This document shows, in pieces, positions 38,770 to 48,893 of a DNA stretch of 64,000 nt. The stretch's first letter is position 1; each line of letters starts with the position of its first letter. Location of the stretch: assembly GCA_016206685.1 (NCBI GenBank), contig JACQRB010000023.1, forward strand, positions 29,287 to 93,286, written 5' to 3'. A program made the translations under genes and the position numbers. Source of the DNA: Candidatus Omnitrophota bacterium. GTDB taxonomy: Bacteria; Omnitrophota; Gorgyraeia; Aquiviventales; Aquiviventaceae. A model generated the notes under the pieces. The model saw only the letters and a program-made list of their open reading frames with translations. It was not told the origin of the DNA and did no database searches.

Positions 38770-40608
38770 TCAGCCCGCTGACGAGGACCTCAGAGAGGCC
38801 GCCGGAGCGGACTTGCGTCGATAGATCGTGACCACAGGCCCCTGATGCCGTTGACGCCAGCCATTCACGACCGGCACGCGCTGAAGCCGCGCCACATCAC
38901 ATGTGTACATCACGGGAAATTCCTCATGAAAGCGCACGCCGGGATCGAAACGCGCCACCTCGATGTAGTCGCGTGCCAGGTAGTCCCGAAGCGCCAGGCG
39001 CGCTTGAAGAAACCCTGGCTTATGACAGGGCGGTGCTTCAATCCGGCGCGGCGACTCCTGGTCAAACAGATCCAGATCAAAATAGCCGCTCGTCACGACG
39101 TACTCAGGCCGCATCCGATCCAGCGCGTCCGGCGCAGCCGTGAAGACCTTGGTCAGCGCGAAGGCCGCGGCTGGCGGGTGGGCCTGTGCCAGCGCCAAAC
39201 GCATCTGCGCCAGCCGTCCAAGGCCGCCGCGTGCCTCGACCTGCATGAGTTCCTGCGCTAAGACGTCAGCCCGCCCTGGCAAGGTTGGTCCCAGCCACAT
39301 GTCCGCATAGCGGGCTCCCTCGACGACGATGTGCGCTCCCGACGGGACATTCGCCTGCACCCACGCACGGGCCAGCGTCCGGGTATCAGGACGCCGGGTG
39401 AGGGCAATCAGCCGGACGTCGTCAACCACGCTCGGCCAGAGGCACAGGCCCGCCAACCCCACCAAGCATACGCGGCGCGCCGGCGTCGGCGAGGAGAGGA
39501 ATGGCGCGGCGACCGTGACGAATCCGACAGCCGCGGTCAGCGCCACCACGGGGACCATCAACGCCAAATAGGTGGGCGACCCCAGGTAGGGCGACAGAAA
39601 GACCAGCAACGCGACCGGATAGGCCAGGAGAAAGACGCCGAGGCGGCGGTGCCGCCACAGCAGCACCGCGCTGCCAACCACCGCCAGGAGCGCCACCGGA
39701 GCGCCCACGACGCCAGGCAGATGCCACAACAGGCGCGTCACGGTCGGCGGAATGGGCTGGTGGAACTCCGCAAACCCGAAGGCCAGATCATGCACGCCGG
39801 CCAGCAGCAAGCGCCGGTCGAGCAGCAGCGAGGGCATCAACGCCACAAACGCCGCCAGGGTCCCTCCCAAGACGACGAGACTGCGCTGAGCCACCACCCG
39901 CCATCGCGCCGAGGGCCGCCCCGTTCCAGACGGCGCGGACCACCAGACCGCCAGCAGCACCGGCGCAAGACCGAGGACCGCCGTATATTTGAAGGCGCTG
40001 GCGGCTCCAATCCAGACCCCCGCCCAGAGCGCGAGCGACAGGGGTTTCATGCGACCGCCGGCCAATCCAGCCAGTTGAGCGGCGCACCCCAGAGCCGCCA
40101 ACACGCCGAACAGCGCGGGTAAGTCCTCTTTGAATCGCATCACCATGGTCAGCGGCAAGACGGACCAGCCGGTCCAGGCCGCGGCGATCAGCCCCACGAC
40201 GGGGGAACGGAGCCGGCAGCCGAGCCACCACGTCATCACGATCACTCCAAGACCTGAGACGAGAACGGTCAGGCGGCCGAGCAGAAAAAAGATCGTGGGA
40301 TCCCGCAGATACAGCCAGGCGAGATCTATCGGCGCCTGCATAGAGCCGAGGGCATGCTGCACGAGATAGAGGAGGCCGAATTCTACGACGAGCAGAATAG
40401 GAAGCCCCATGCCGTGCCGCAAGCCGAACGGCTGCAAGACGCCGCTGCCCATGCGGAGAGCGGTTTCAATGAAATTGACTTCGTCGCCGCCATGAAGGCG
40501 ATCCACCTGCGGTAATGCGCCGGCCAGATACAACGCCAACGCGACGATCAGGATGACGCCTAACCAGACCCGTTGGGCCCATCGGCTCGCGTGCTCGATT
40601 CCGGTCAT
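38770..40608 (-). CDS. GT-C (GT39/ArnT-like) membrane glycosyltransferase
   Basis: HGGDE loop after TM1, multiple TMs, GAASAFKY, PDTRTLARAWV..NVPSGA. Confidence 0.75.
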   Translation of the reverse strand: MTGIEHASRWAQRVWLGVILIVALALYLAGALPQVDRLHGGDEVNFIETALRMGSGVLQPFGLRHGMGLPILLVVEFGLLYLVQHALGSMQAPIDLAWLYLRDPTIFFLLGRLTVLVSGLGVIVMTWWLGCRLRSPVVGLIAAAWTGWSVLPLTMVMRFKEDLPALFGVLAALGCAAQLAGLAGGRMKPLSLALWAGVWIGAASAFKYTAVLGLAPVLLAVWWSAPSGTGRPSARWRVVAQRSLVVLGGTLAAFVALMPSLLLDRRLLLAGVHDLAFGFAEFHQPIPPTVTRLLWHLPGVVGAPVALLAVVGSAVLLWRHRRLGVFLLAYPVALLVFLSPYLGSPTYLALMVPVVALTAAVGFVTVAAPFLSSPTPARRVCLVGLAGLCLWPSVVDDVRLIALTRRPDTRTLARAWVQANVPSGAHIVVEGARYADMWLGPTLPGRADVLAQELMQVEARGGLGRLAQMRLALAQAHPPAAAFALTKVFTAAPDALDRMRPEYVVTSGYFDLDLFDQESPRRIEAPPCHKPGFLQARLALRDYLARDYIEVARFDPGVRFHEEFPVMYTCDVARLQRVPVVNGWRQRHQGPVVTIYRRKSAPAASLRSSSAG

Positions 40609-42290
40609 GGCCGGGCCGCCAACTCATAAATCTGCAGGTACTCTTCTCTGGCGCGCATGAGCGGCACGATATCCACCCATGGTCCACGGAATTCCTGCAG
40701 GAGCCGGCAGTGTTGCCGAACCTGCTCGATGTAGCGCACCTGCGAGGGAAAATTGTGCGGCTCGGCCAGGTACTCGTCAACGCTGCTCTCCAGGATGAAA
40801 TACCGCACGCCCTCCTGCGCCTGGCCGGCGAAATCGAAATCTTCTGGATCGTACTCCCCCATGGAGGGAAACCGCAGGTAGATCACGTCGTAGGTCGCAG
40901 CAAACGCGGACTGGTGGCGCAGCAGGCGCCGGAGCCGCTCGCCGCGGCCCATCCGCTTGCGCTCGATCTCCTCCAGCTGCCGCTGGATGGACACCGCATT
41001 GGGCACGATCGGCAGGTCCGCCATCGTGACGATTTTTGTCCCGGCCGGCAGCGTCGCTTCGATCCAGGTTTTCGCCTGCGTGGCCGGCGGCAGTTGAGCC
41101 GCCCGGCCCAGGAAGGCCAGGCTCTTGGCCAGGGGCGCTGCGAACAGCACGGCGAAGACCGCGGTCACCGCGGCCCCGCGCCACCACGAGGGCCGCAGCG
41201 CGCGGACGACTCCCATGAGCCAATCCACGCCGAGCAGGATCATGAACGGAGCCACCTGGACGAAATACCGGGAGTTGATCAATTGCCACCGGCTCATGTA
41301 CACCAGGATGAACCCGATCATGCCCAGGAAGAGCAGGTCGCGGCGGCTGCGGCGGATCAGCGCATGGAGCACGCCGGCGATGCCCAGCACCGTCAGAGGC
41401 ATGCTCCACCCAAACGGCAGTGCGTCCATGAAGATGAACAACCAGCCGGGCTTCGTGATGCGGGAGCCCGGGGCGGTCAGGGCGCCGTACGCCACGGTGT
41501 CATACAGGAACTTCCAGTCCCGACTGAAACGCCGGATATCAACGATGGTGTACCAAGCCCCCAGCCCATAAGCCAGCCCCATGCAGGCCAGGGCCCCCCA
41601 GAGCCTGGGGTCCTGCCACCACCGCCGGGACTGCGGGCCGCGTGGCGCCAGGATGTGGGCGGTCAGCAGCGGAAACAGCATCAGCGCGCCGTCGTACTTG
41701 GCGGCCGTCGCCAACCCGCCGAGGAACCCGGCGGCCAAGTACTCGCGCCACCCGCCCCCGTCCTGAAAAATCCGCACCACGCACCATACCGACGCCATGA
41801 AGAGACAGAGCATGAACACGGTCGGCACCGCGTAGTGCGCCCAGCGGACCAGCTCGGGAGCACACGCCATCAGGGCCGTGGCAATCAGCGCGGTGCGCTC
41901 GTCAAACAGCCGGCGGGCGATCCGATGGAACAGCACGACGCTGCCCATCGCCATCAGCCACATGAAGGCGCGCGCAATCAGGTAGAACAGCGTGGGGTCG
42001 GTAAAATACAGTTGCTCAAACGCGGCCAGCGAGGGGATCCAGCCGAGCGCCCGTCCGATGACGTAGGCCGCCCCGTAGAAAACGAACAAGACATACGACA
42101 ATAACGGCGGATGGATGAAGAAATGCGGGTTCAGGTCGCCCGTGCCGCACTTCAGCGCCAGTTGGATGTGCTCCTGCTCGATGCCGAGCCGGCTGAACGG
42201 CAAATCTGCGGTCATGCCGTAGCCGAACAGCACGCCGGCGATGCCGAGCACGACCCAGCTCCAGGCGCGCAGGCGCGCAGACGATGCCAC
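40605..42290 (-). CDS. GT-C (GT39/ArnT-like) membrane glycosyltransferase
   Basis: GDLNPHFFIHPPL..Y, GLATAAKY, RYF, AKTWIE..LPAG. Start approximate (GTG 42290). Confidence 0.78.
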   Translation of the reverse strand: MASSARLRAWSWVVLGIAGVLFGYGMTADLPFSRLGIEQEHIQLALKCGTGDLNPHFFIHPPLLSYVLFVFYGAAYVIGRALGWIPSLAAFEQLYFTDPTLFYLIARAFMWLMAMGSVVLFHRIARRLFDERTALIATALMACAPELVRWAHYAVPTVFMLCLFMASVWCVVRIFQDGGGWREYLAAGFLGGLATAAKYDGALMLFPLLTAHILAPRGPQSRRWWQDPRLWGALACMGLAYGLGAWYTIVDIRRFSRDWKFLYDTVAYGALTAPGSRITKPGWLFIFMDALPFGWSMPLTVLGIAGVLHALIRRSRRDLLFLGMIGFILVYMSRWQLINSRYFVQVAPFMILLGVDWLMGVVRALRPSWWRGAAVTAVFAVLFAAPLAKSLAFLGRAAQLPPATQAKTWIEATLPAGTKIVTMADLPIVPNAVSIQRQLEEIERKRMGRGERLRRLLRHQSAFAATYDVIYLRFPSMGEYDPEDFDFAGQAQEGVRYFILESSVDEYLAEPHNFPSQVRYIEQVRQHCRLLQEFRGPWVDIVPLMRAREEYLQIYELAARP

Positions 42291-42322
42291 ACTCGACGGT
42301 TGTCTCCTCACGGGCAGATCCT

Positions 42323-42724
42323 CTATGTTCTCGCCAGGATGACCAGCCCCAGACAAATGACCGCCACACCCAGATAGCGCAGGGGCGGGACGGCTTCATG
42401 CAGAATGACCTGTGAGGCGAGGGTGACCAAGACGAAGCCGAGCGCCCACCAGGGGTAGGCATAGCTCAGCTCCAGACGGGACAGAACCGCCAGCCAGAGA
42501 AAGACGCTCACCGCATAAGCGGCCATCGCCGTCAGGATCAAGGGATTCGTCGCCAAGGACCACACGGTACGCGGAATGGTCCGGAGCTCAAGGCGCATCA
42601 CTCCGAAGGCATTCATCGCAGTTTTTAACAGCAGTTCCCCCACGACCGCAATCACGACTGCGACAAGCATGAGGAGAAGGGAGGTCGTCGTCATGCCGTT
42701 GCGACTGATGAGAATGTTCGTCAT
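42323..42724 (-). CDS. EamA/SMR-type small 4-TM transporter (ArnE/ArnF-like lipid-sugar flippase)
   Basis: GELLLK, WLAVLSRLELSYAYP, ILHEAV, GVAVICLG.IL. Confidence 0.82.
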   Translation of the reverse strand: MTNILISRNGMTTTSLLLMLVAVVIAVVGELLLKTAMNAFGVMRLELRTIPRTVWSLATNPLILTAMAAYAVSVFLWLAVLSRLELSYAYPWWALGFVLVTLASQVILHEAVPPLRYLGVAVICLGLVILART

Positions 42725-43749
42725 GAGATCGCTCGGGGGCGGCGATGGACCGGAGGCGCTGGTCGGCCGGCTGACGTCCGTTTCGATTCGCTCGTGACCC
42801 GCTCAAGATCGGCGTCAACCAGAAGCCGAACGAGCTCTGGGAAGGCCGTCGTCGGCTCCCAGCCAAGGCGCGCCCGGGCTTTTGAGGCATCGCCAACCGA
42901 GACGAAGGTGTCGGCGGGACGATAGAGCGCCGGATCAACGTCCACGTAGTCTTCCCAACGCAGCCCCTTGTAGGAAAACGCCTCCTGAAGGAACTCACGA
43001 ATGCTGTGGGTCTGGCCCGTCGCAACGACGTAGTCGCCGGCTTCCGGCTGCTGGAGCATGCGCCACATCGCCTCGACGTACTCCTTCGCGTAGCCCCAGT
43101 CGCGCTTCACCTCGAGGTTGCCCAAACTGAGTTTCTGCTGGCGACCGGCCAGGATGTTCGCGAGCCCCCAGGTGATCTTGCGCGTCACAAACGAGAGGCC
43201 CCGTCGAGGGGACTCATGGTTAAAACAAATCCCGCTGCACGCAAAAATGCCATAGGTCGTGCGCGCATGCTGCGTAAACCAGTGGGCGAACAGTTTCGCC
43301 GCCCCATACGGATTCTGCGGATGACACGGCGTGGTCTCCTGCTGGGGCGACTCCGTCGTATTGCCGAACATCTCGCTGCTGGAGGCTTGATAGAACTTCG
43401 CCGGGATTTTGTTGACGCGAATCGCCTCCAGCAGCCGCACCGCCCCTACGGCCGTCACGTTGACGGTATGCTCCGGCTGCTCGAAGCTGAGCGACACGAC
43501 GCTCTGCGCGGCGAGGTTATAGACCTCATCGGGCCGGATGGTCCGGAGCAATTGGGTGAGCACGTTGCCGTCCGTCAGGTCTCCGAGATGCAACACCAGC
43601 CGATCCGAGGGCTTGAAGGGACTCGCTTCAAGCGACGCGGGCCGCCGGATGAGCCCGTGGACTTCATAGCCCTTCTCCAGGAGCAGCTCCGCCAAGTAGG
43701 AGCCGTCCTGCCCCGTGATCCCTGTAATCAGTGCACGGCGGGTCGTCAT
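42721..43749 (-). CDS. gmd: GDP-mannose 4,6-dehydratase (divergent copy)
   Basis: [59 protein letters not shown]. Confidence 0.9.
   Translation of the reverse strand: MTTRRALITGITGQDGSYLAELLLEKGYEVHGLIRRPASLEASPFKPSDRLVLHLGDLTDGNVLTQLLRTIRPDEVYNLAAQSVVSLSFEQPEHTVNVTAVGAVRLLEAIRVNKIPAKFYQASSSEMFGNTTESPQQETTPCHPQNPYGAAKLFAHWFTQHARTTYGIFACSGICFNHESPRRGLSFVTRKITWGLANILAGRQQKLSLGNLEVKRDWGYAKEYVEAMWRMLQQPEAGDYVVATGQTHSIREFLQEAFSYKGLRWEDYVDVDPALYRPADTFVSVGDASKARARLGWEPTTAFPELVRLLVDADLERVTSESKRTSAGRPAPPVHRRPRAIS
43055..43104. repeat. 50-bp near-identical tract shared by the two gmd paralogs (second copy 56842-56891)
   Basis: agcatgcgccacatcgcctcgacgtactcctt(c/t)gcgtagccccagtcgcg; 49/50 identical by inspection. 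Confidence 0.85.
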
Positions 43750-43789
43750 GATGCACCCCGGCCGACGGCGATCCGATGCACGCCCACCA

Positions 43790-44845
43790 TCACAGGCTTT
43801 CAAGATCAACCCATCGCCCCGTCGCATCCGCCTTGCGAGCGGCGTCCAAGAGGCACTGGACTCGATACCCGTCTTCCAACGTGGGAGCGCTTGGGGTTCC
43901 TGATTGGACCCAGTTCACAAAGCGTTCGACTAATCGCCCAACCGCAACGATCCGGCCATCTCCCTCCGGGAGATCCTGGCTCTGTGTCTGAATCGCCTCC
44001 AAACGATTCTGCTCCCTCCTCCCCTGCAGCAATCTGAACCCCTTCACGTAGTCTGAGGTCGGATTCTCCAGCACAAGAGTTCCCTGCTCGGCGTAGATCT
44101 CCACGCGATGGCCGCTCCCCAGATAGGCATGGGTACTCACCGTGACACCAACCGGGGTGCCGTCATGAAGCACCAGGCAGATCATCGCGAGCTGATCCCC
44201 CCGCTCGACAGACGCGTCCCGATCAGACCTAAACAGATGCGCAGAGATTTTCTGGACGGGTCCCAAGAGCCATTCCACATAATAGAAGATATGGGAGCCA
44301 AAGGCGTTCAAAGCGCCGCCGCCTGCTTGCTGACGGACTTTCCATGTGTCACGCCCCATCCGAGCCGCGGACGTCTCCACCTGCCAGGAGACGGTGACAT
44401 AGCGCACGCGACCCAGCGCTCCGCTCGCCAGGAGCGTCTTTGCACGCATCCACGTCTCTGTGGATGGAAACTCAAAATCGACCATGTGAGCGACTCCGGC
44501 TCCTTGGGCGGCTCGTAGCATCTCAGCGGCTCTCCCACACGTTGTGGCCACGGGTTTCTCGCAGAAGACGTGCTTGCGACGAGCGCAGGCCGCCACGGCG
44601 ATCTCCGGCTGAATCGAAGGCGGGGTGGCGATCGCCACCGCGTCGAGTGTCTCGTCCAGCATCATGGCCCGCCAATCTCCGTAGGCGTTCGGGATGCCCA
44701 GACGGCCGGCGACGTGCTGTGCCCGTTCGAGGGTACTCGCGCACAGGGCCACCACCCGACATCGGGGGTCGGACTGAAAGGCGGGAACCAGCACCTGTTG
44801 ACCAAATCCGATCCCCACCACACCCACCGTGACTCGACGGCTCAA
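43790..44845 (-). CDS. Gfo/Idh/MocA-family oxidoreductase
   Basis: VGVVGIGFG, DAVAIATPP, KHVFCEKP, GGGAL..FGSH; TTG start in a TTGA overlap. Confidence 0.9.
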   Translation of the reverse strand: MSRRVTVGVVGIGFGQQVLVPAFQSDPRCRVVALCASTLERAQHVAGRLGIPNAYGDWRAMMLDETLDAVAIATPPSIQPEIAVAACARRKHVFCEKPVATTCGRAAEMLRAAQGAGVAHMVDFEFPSTETWMRAKTLLASGALGRVRYVTVSWQVETSAARMGRDTWKVRQQAGGGALNAFGSHIFYYVEWLLGPVQKISAHLFRSDRDASVERGDQLAMICLVLHDGTPVGVTVSTHAYLGSGHRVEIYAEQGTLVLENPTSDYVKGFRLLQGRREQNRLEAIQTQSQDLPEGDGRIVAVGRLVERFVNWVQSGTPSAPTLEDGYRVQCLLDAARKADATGRWVDLESL

Positions 44846-46104
44846 ATCTTTCCTCCCTTGCCGAAGAAATTCCAGACATCCACCACGGGCTTGCCCTTCG
44901 TATCAAGATTCCGGTACGCATCATGGGGGACGCACAGAATGAGCAGATCGCTCTTGGAGATGACGTCGTCCAACGGGACGATGTCCGGATCCCCCTGCAC
45001 AAACGGACTGGTGGTCAGCACGCGCTTCGCGTGGAACAACAGCGCCTTCTTCAACTTATAACTCAAGGAGGCCCGGGGGTCATCACTGTTGGCTTTGAAC
45101 GCCATCCCTAACAGCCCCACGGTCATGGTGGACAATCCATACTGTTTAGCCAGTTGCTGGACCACATAGAGGGGTAAGCCCTCATTGATCCACATGGCCA
45201 TACTGCCCAATTGAAACTGATTGTTGGAGAATCCGGTGAGCTGCATCGTGTCTTTGAAGAGGCAGGGCCCAGCCGCAAAGCCCGCGCCCGGCAGATCCCG
45301 CATCCGTGAATAATTGGCCTTCAGGCCCGCCAAGATGCGGTAATAGTCGAGACCGGCGGAGTTCGCGATCATGTAGAACTCGTTGGCCACGGCGAATTGG
45401 ATATAGCGATAGGCGTTGCAGAACAACTTGGCGAATTCAGCCTCCATCGGACGCAGGCGCACGATCAGAGGAGCGAGTTGTGAGAAAAACTCCGCGGCGC
45501 GATCTTCCGCGTCCTGAGTCGTCCCGCTGACAATCTGTGGAAGTTGCCGGAGCTCCTGGATCGCATAACCCTGGACGATCCGCTCAGGACAGAACGCCAA
45601 TTGAGGACGCTTCCCATGAGACCGGAGATACCGGTGCAGCCAGTCCGTGGTTCCTGGATAGACGGTGGAACGCAGGATGACCAGTTGATGATCGGACAGG
45701 CGGGGCAACAGCGGTTCAAACGCACGGATCATGCTTTTCAAGGCGGGGTTGAGGAACTCGTCAATGGGAGTCCCGATCGTCACGATGATGATGGGCACGC
45801 CGGCGAGATCGTCGGGATTGGTGGAGGAAAAAGACAGCCGTTTCTTGGCCAACGCGTCTTTCAGGAGCGGCCCGGCCCCGTGCTCCAGGAAGGGCATCGT
45901 CCCTCGCTTGATTCCATTGAGCGCGCGCCCATTCACATCGTACAGCAAGACCTGTTGTCCCTGACTGGCGAGGACGAGCGCCAGCGGCAACCCCACGTGC
46001 CCGGCCCCGCCGACGATGCACACGTCCGCGTGGCGACGACTTGCCGCACGCTGGGGCCGGCGTTGGCGCGACCCCGGCCGCGTCACGGGCTGAATGGTCG
46101 GCAT
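44842..46104 (-). CDS. UDP-glucose/GDP-mannose 6-dehydrogenase family
   Basis: GGAGHVGLPLA, TIGTP, LRSTVYPGTT, FCPERI, AKLFCN, GPCLFKD, LGMAFK..SDD.R. Confidence 0.92.
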   Translation of the reverse strand: MPTIQPVTRPGSRQRRPQRAASRRHADVCIVGGAGHVGLPLALVLASQGQQVLLYDVNGRALNGIKRGTMPFLEHGAGPLLKDALAKKRLSFSSTNPDDLAGVPIIIVTIGTPIDEFLNPALKSMIRAFEPLLPRLSDHQLVILRSTVYPGTTDWLHRYLRSHGKRPQLAFCPERIVQGYAIQELRQLPQIVSGTTQDAEDRAAEFFSQLAPLIVRLRPMEAEFAKLFCNAYRYIQFAVANEFYMIANSAGLDYYRILAGLKANYSRMRDLPGAGFAAGPCLFKDTMQLTGFSNNQFQLGSMAMWINEGLPLYVVQQLAKQYGLSTMTVGLLGMAFKANSDDPRASLSYKLKKALLFHAKRVLTTSPFVQGDPDIVPLDDVISKSDLLILCVPHDAYRNLDTKGKPVVDVWNFFGKGGKI

Positions 46105-46820
46105 GGCTTGATCCCTCGGGTGAGGACAAACGCCCGGTACGGCCTGACAAGGTGTGATGAGAATAAGAGGGCATCGAGCGCGTTGTAGACCGGCAGCGCC
46201 CATCGCAGGCTGGACGAGGCGATAGAGCGGTACTGCGCCATGCAGTAGTCCGTCGAGACGTCAAACCCTGCCGCAGCGAACACGCCGGCGATCTGCCGGG
46301 CGATGATCGGCCGCTCATTAGGCGTGACGCCGTTCTGGCTGTAGAACGGCGAGGTGGGGTCCCGGTAGAGCCACATGAACGGATTGCGCCGATTGGGGTC
46401 GAATGCGACAAAAACGCCGCCGGGCTTCAAGACCCGGAAGCATTCCCGCGCGAACAGCCGCGGGTCTGGCAGATGGTGGATGATTCCGCTCAGCAGCAAG
46501 CCGTCCATGGACTCGGTTCGCAGCGGCAGCGATTCCACATCGCCCACCATAAAAGCCACGTGCGGATTGTGCTGCCGGCCGACCGTGACGAGCGACTGGT
46601 TGAGATCCAGCCCGAGAGCCGTGAGCCCTTCCTCGCGCAACAACCGGGTGAACACGCCGGAACCGCACCCGAGATCGGCGACGCGCGCTCCGGGCGTGAG
46701 CCTGCTCAGGTCAATGCAGCGGCGGATCATCCGTCGGTTGCTCTTCTCGGTGAACACGTTGTATTCACCGCCTGAGGCGTATGCCGAAAAGCACGCGACT
46801 TCCTTCGCTTTATCCTGCAT
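46083..46820 (-). CDS. Class I SAM methyltransferase
   Basis: ADLGCGSG, GDVESLP, IIHHLPD, RVLKPGG.FVAFDPN. Start may be 46859. Confidence 0.88.
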   Translation of the reverse strand: MQDKAKEVACFSAYASGGEYNVFTEKSNRRMIRRCIDLSRLTPGARVADLGCGSGVFTRLLREEGLTALGLDLNQSLVTVGRQHNPHVAFMVGDVESLPLRTESMDGLLLSGIIHHLPDPRLFARECFRVLKPGGVFVAFDPNRRNPFMWLYRDPTSPFYSQNGVTPNERPIIARQIAGVFAAAGFDVSTDYCMAQYRSIASSSLRWALPVYNALDALLFSSHLVRPYRAFVLTRGIKPCRPFSP

Positions 46821-47613
46821 GGCACGAGCTCGCCTGGCGAGCGGAAGCCGCGGCCTCATGCGGGGTCGGCGCCCCTTTCGCGTCCGTCCTCAGCGCCACG
46901 GAAGCCGCCGTGCGCCGCGCGTACGTCGTGGCGAATGCGTAGCCGTACCAGCGCAGGTACGCGGGCAGCCACCGGATGACTTGGAACCGGCTCGCTCCTG
47001 TGGGACGGGCAAACCACGCCGCCGGGACTTCACCGACCTTCCACCTCAGCCGATGGCACTTGACCAGCAATTCGATGCTGTAGGTAAACCCTTGGGTGGA
47101 TTCAATCGCAATCGTCTCGAGGACGCGGCGCGAAAAGAGCCGCAGGCCGTTGCTGGCGTCACGCGTCGGCACACCGGCCAGGTGGTATAACGTGAAGGCC
47201 GAGACGCGCACGAGGAGATCTTTGAGCCAGGGACAACCGACCATTCGTCCCCCAGGCATCAACCGGCTGGCCGACACGATCCGGCAGCCGGCCTCACACT
47301 GTTGGACCATCTGATCAATGATCCCCGCGTTATAGGTATCATCGGCAGGATACACCAACACCGCGGGTGCGGCACTCGCCTCAAAACCCGACAGCACCGC
47401 CGCGTGCGGACCGACCCCGCGATTTTTGACGAGGAGCACATCACCGTCCGGGTGCGGAGCCTCGCGTAACGCCGCCAGCGTGGTATCGCCGTCGTGGTCG
47501 TAGCAGATGAGCACGCGAAACGACGTCCGCACCCCGCGGCGCAACGAGTCCAACACCGCCAGGATGCCGCGACCTTCATTGTAGACTGGGATCACGATAT
47601 CCAGCCGGGTCAT
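46810..47613 (-). CDS. GT2 glycosyltransferase (DPM1-like)
   Basis: IVIPVYNE, YPADD, SASR.MPGG, DASNG.RLFSR. Confidence 0.88.
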   Translation of the reverse strand: MTRLDIVIPVYNEGRGILAVLDSLRRGVRTSFRVLICYDHDGDTTLAALREAPHPDGDVLLVKNRGVGPHAAVLSGFEASAAPAVLVYPADDTYNAGIIDQMVQQCEAGCRIVSASRLMPGGRMVGCPWLKDLLVRVSAFTLYHLAGVPTRDASNGLRLFSRRVLETIAIESTQGFTYSIELLVKCHRLRWKVGEVPAAWFARPTGASRFQVIRWLPAYLRWYGYAFATTYARRTAASVALRTDAKGAPTPHEAAASARQASSCHAG

Positions 47614-48893
47614 CCGACCTCCTCGTTGCGCAGGATGCGCGGGACCGGCAACGGGATGATGAAATCGCCTCGGTACCCCTTCTGCTTCAGTTTTGGCATG
47701 AGCTCATCGGCGATGTGCCACGACAACAGCAAGGCGTAGTCGGGTGGTTCTTGAAACAACCGCGATTCTTCCACAACCGGAATCAGCGTTCCCGGGATAT
47801 ACTTGCCGATTTTGCGCGAGCCGTTGATTTCTAGCACACAGTCCAAGATCCCATCATCGAGCCCCACGTAATTGATCAGGGTGCTGGCGCGGGAGGGCGC
47901 GCTGATCCCATAGATCCGCTGCCCTCGGCGTTTGATTTCATGGAGCAACGCATAGAGGGCTAACTTAGAGTGGATGATCCGATCCCTGAACGCGCGCAGC
48001 TGCTGGGTATTGAGCTCCGTGCGTTCCTCGGCTTCGAGCATCGCCATGACGCTCGGCTGCACCTGGTACCGACCGGGTCGAGCGGCGTAGACGCGAATCG
48101 ATCCGCCGTGGGTGGGAATCCGCTTCGCGTGGATGATCGACAGGCCGTGCATGTCGAAGAGCGATTTAAGGCTCGCGAGGGAATAGTACCGTAGATGCTC
48201 ATGATAGATCGTGTCGTACTGAAGCGTTTCGACCAAGGACAGGAGATAGTGGGATTCGGAGACAAACACCCCATCGTCACTCAACAACGAAAGGATGCTG
48301 TCCACAATGTCGTGGATATCTTCAATGTGCGCGAACACGTTGGTGGCGGTCACCAGTTTCGACGGACCCCGCTCAGCGCGGACTTTGGCCGCAGTCTCTC
48401 GATTGAAGAAGGTGATCAGGGTCGGGATCCCGCGCGCATTCGCCAGTTCGCCGACATTGGCCGGCTCAATGCCCTGCACGGGATGATGTGGGGTGAAATT
48501 ACTCAGCAACGTCCCATCGTTCGAGCCAATATCCGTCACCAGGTCCTCTGGCCCCAGGGTGATGAGCCGTCGGCATTCCTGGTAGAGTTCCGCGAAGTTG
48601 TCCCGCAAAATTTTCGTCGTCCCACTGGTATAGGGGTAGTCTGGGGGAAAGAGAATCGTGGGGTCGACGATCAACCCCAGTTGAACGAGCTGGCAGTGAG
48701 GACACCGCAACAGATGCGCCGGGTAGCTGGGTTGCTCCTGCGGAGGCCGCCCAATGGGCGGCATGAGATTCACCGGAGGCAGGTAGCCGAGAAACACGAT
48801 TGGTTCGAGGCCGGGACCGTCACACACCTGGCATCGCTCTACCACGACGCTGGAACCCGTTTGAATGGTCAAGGGCATGGTCATGAGTCGCAC
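47610..48893 (-). CDS. NDP-sugar C-methyltransferase (zinc-binding, TylC3/EryBIII/NovU-like)
   Basis: CQVC..CPHCQLVQL, DIGSNDGTLL, ATNVFAH, YDTIYHEHLRYY, THGGSIR, LLLSWH. Exact start uncertain. Confidence 0.9.
   Translation of the reverse strand: MRLMTMPLTIQTGSSVVVERCQVCDGPGLEPIVFLGYLPPVNLMPPIGRPPQEQPSYPAHLLRCPHCQLVQLGLIVDPTILFPPDYPYTSGTTKILRDNFAELYQECRRLITLGPEDLVTDIGSNDGTLLSNFTPHHPVQGIEPANVGELANARGIPTLITFFNRETAAKVRAERGPSKLVTATNVFAHIEDIHDIVDSILSLLSDDGVFVSESHYLLSLVETLQYDTIYHEHLRYYSLASLKSLFDMHGLSIIHAKRIPTHGGSIRVYAARPGRYQVQPSVMAMLEAEERTELNTQQLRAFRDRIIHSKLALYALLHEIKRRGQRIYGISAPSRASTLINYVGLDDGILDCVLEINGSRKIGKYIPGTLIPVVEESRLFQEPPDYALLLSWHIADELMPKLKQKGYRGDFIIPLPVPRILRNEEVG

Noticed and set aside
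43750-43789. Short intergenic direct repeat (gatgcac twice) upstream of the divergent gmd
   Set aside because: Too short to distinguish from chance, with no promoter-like context.
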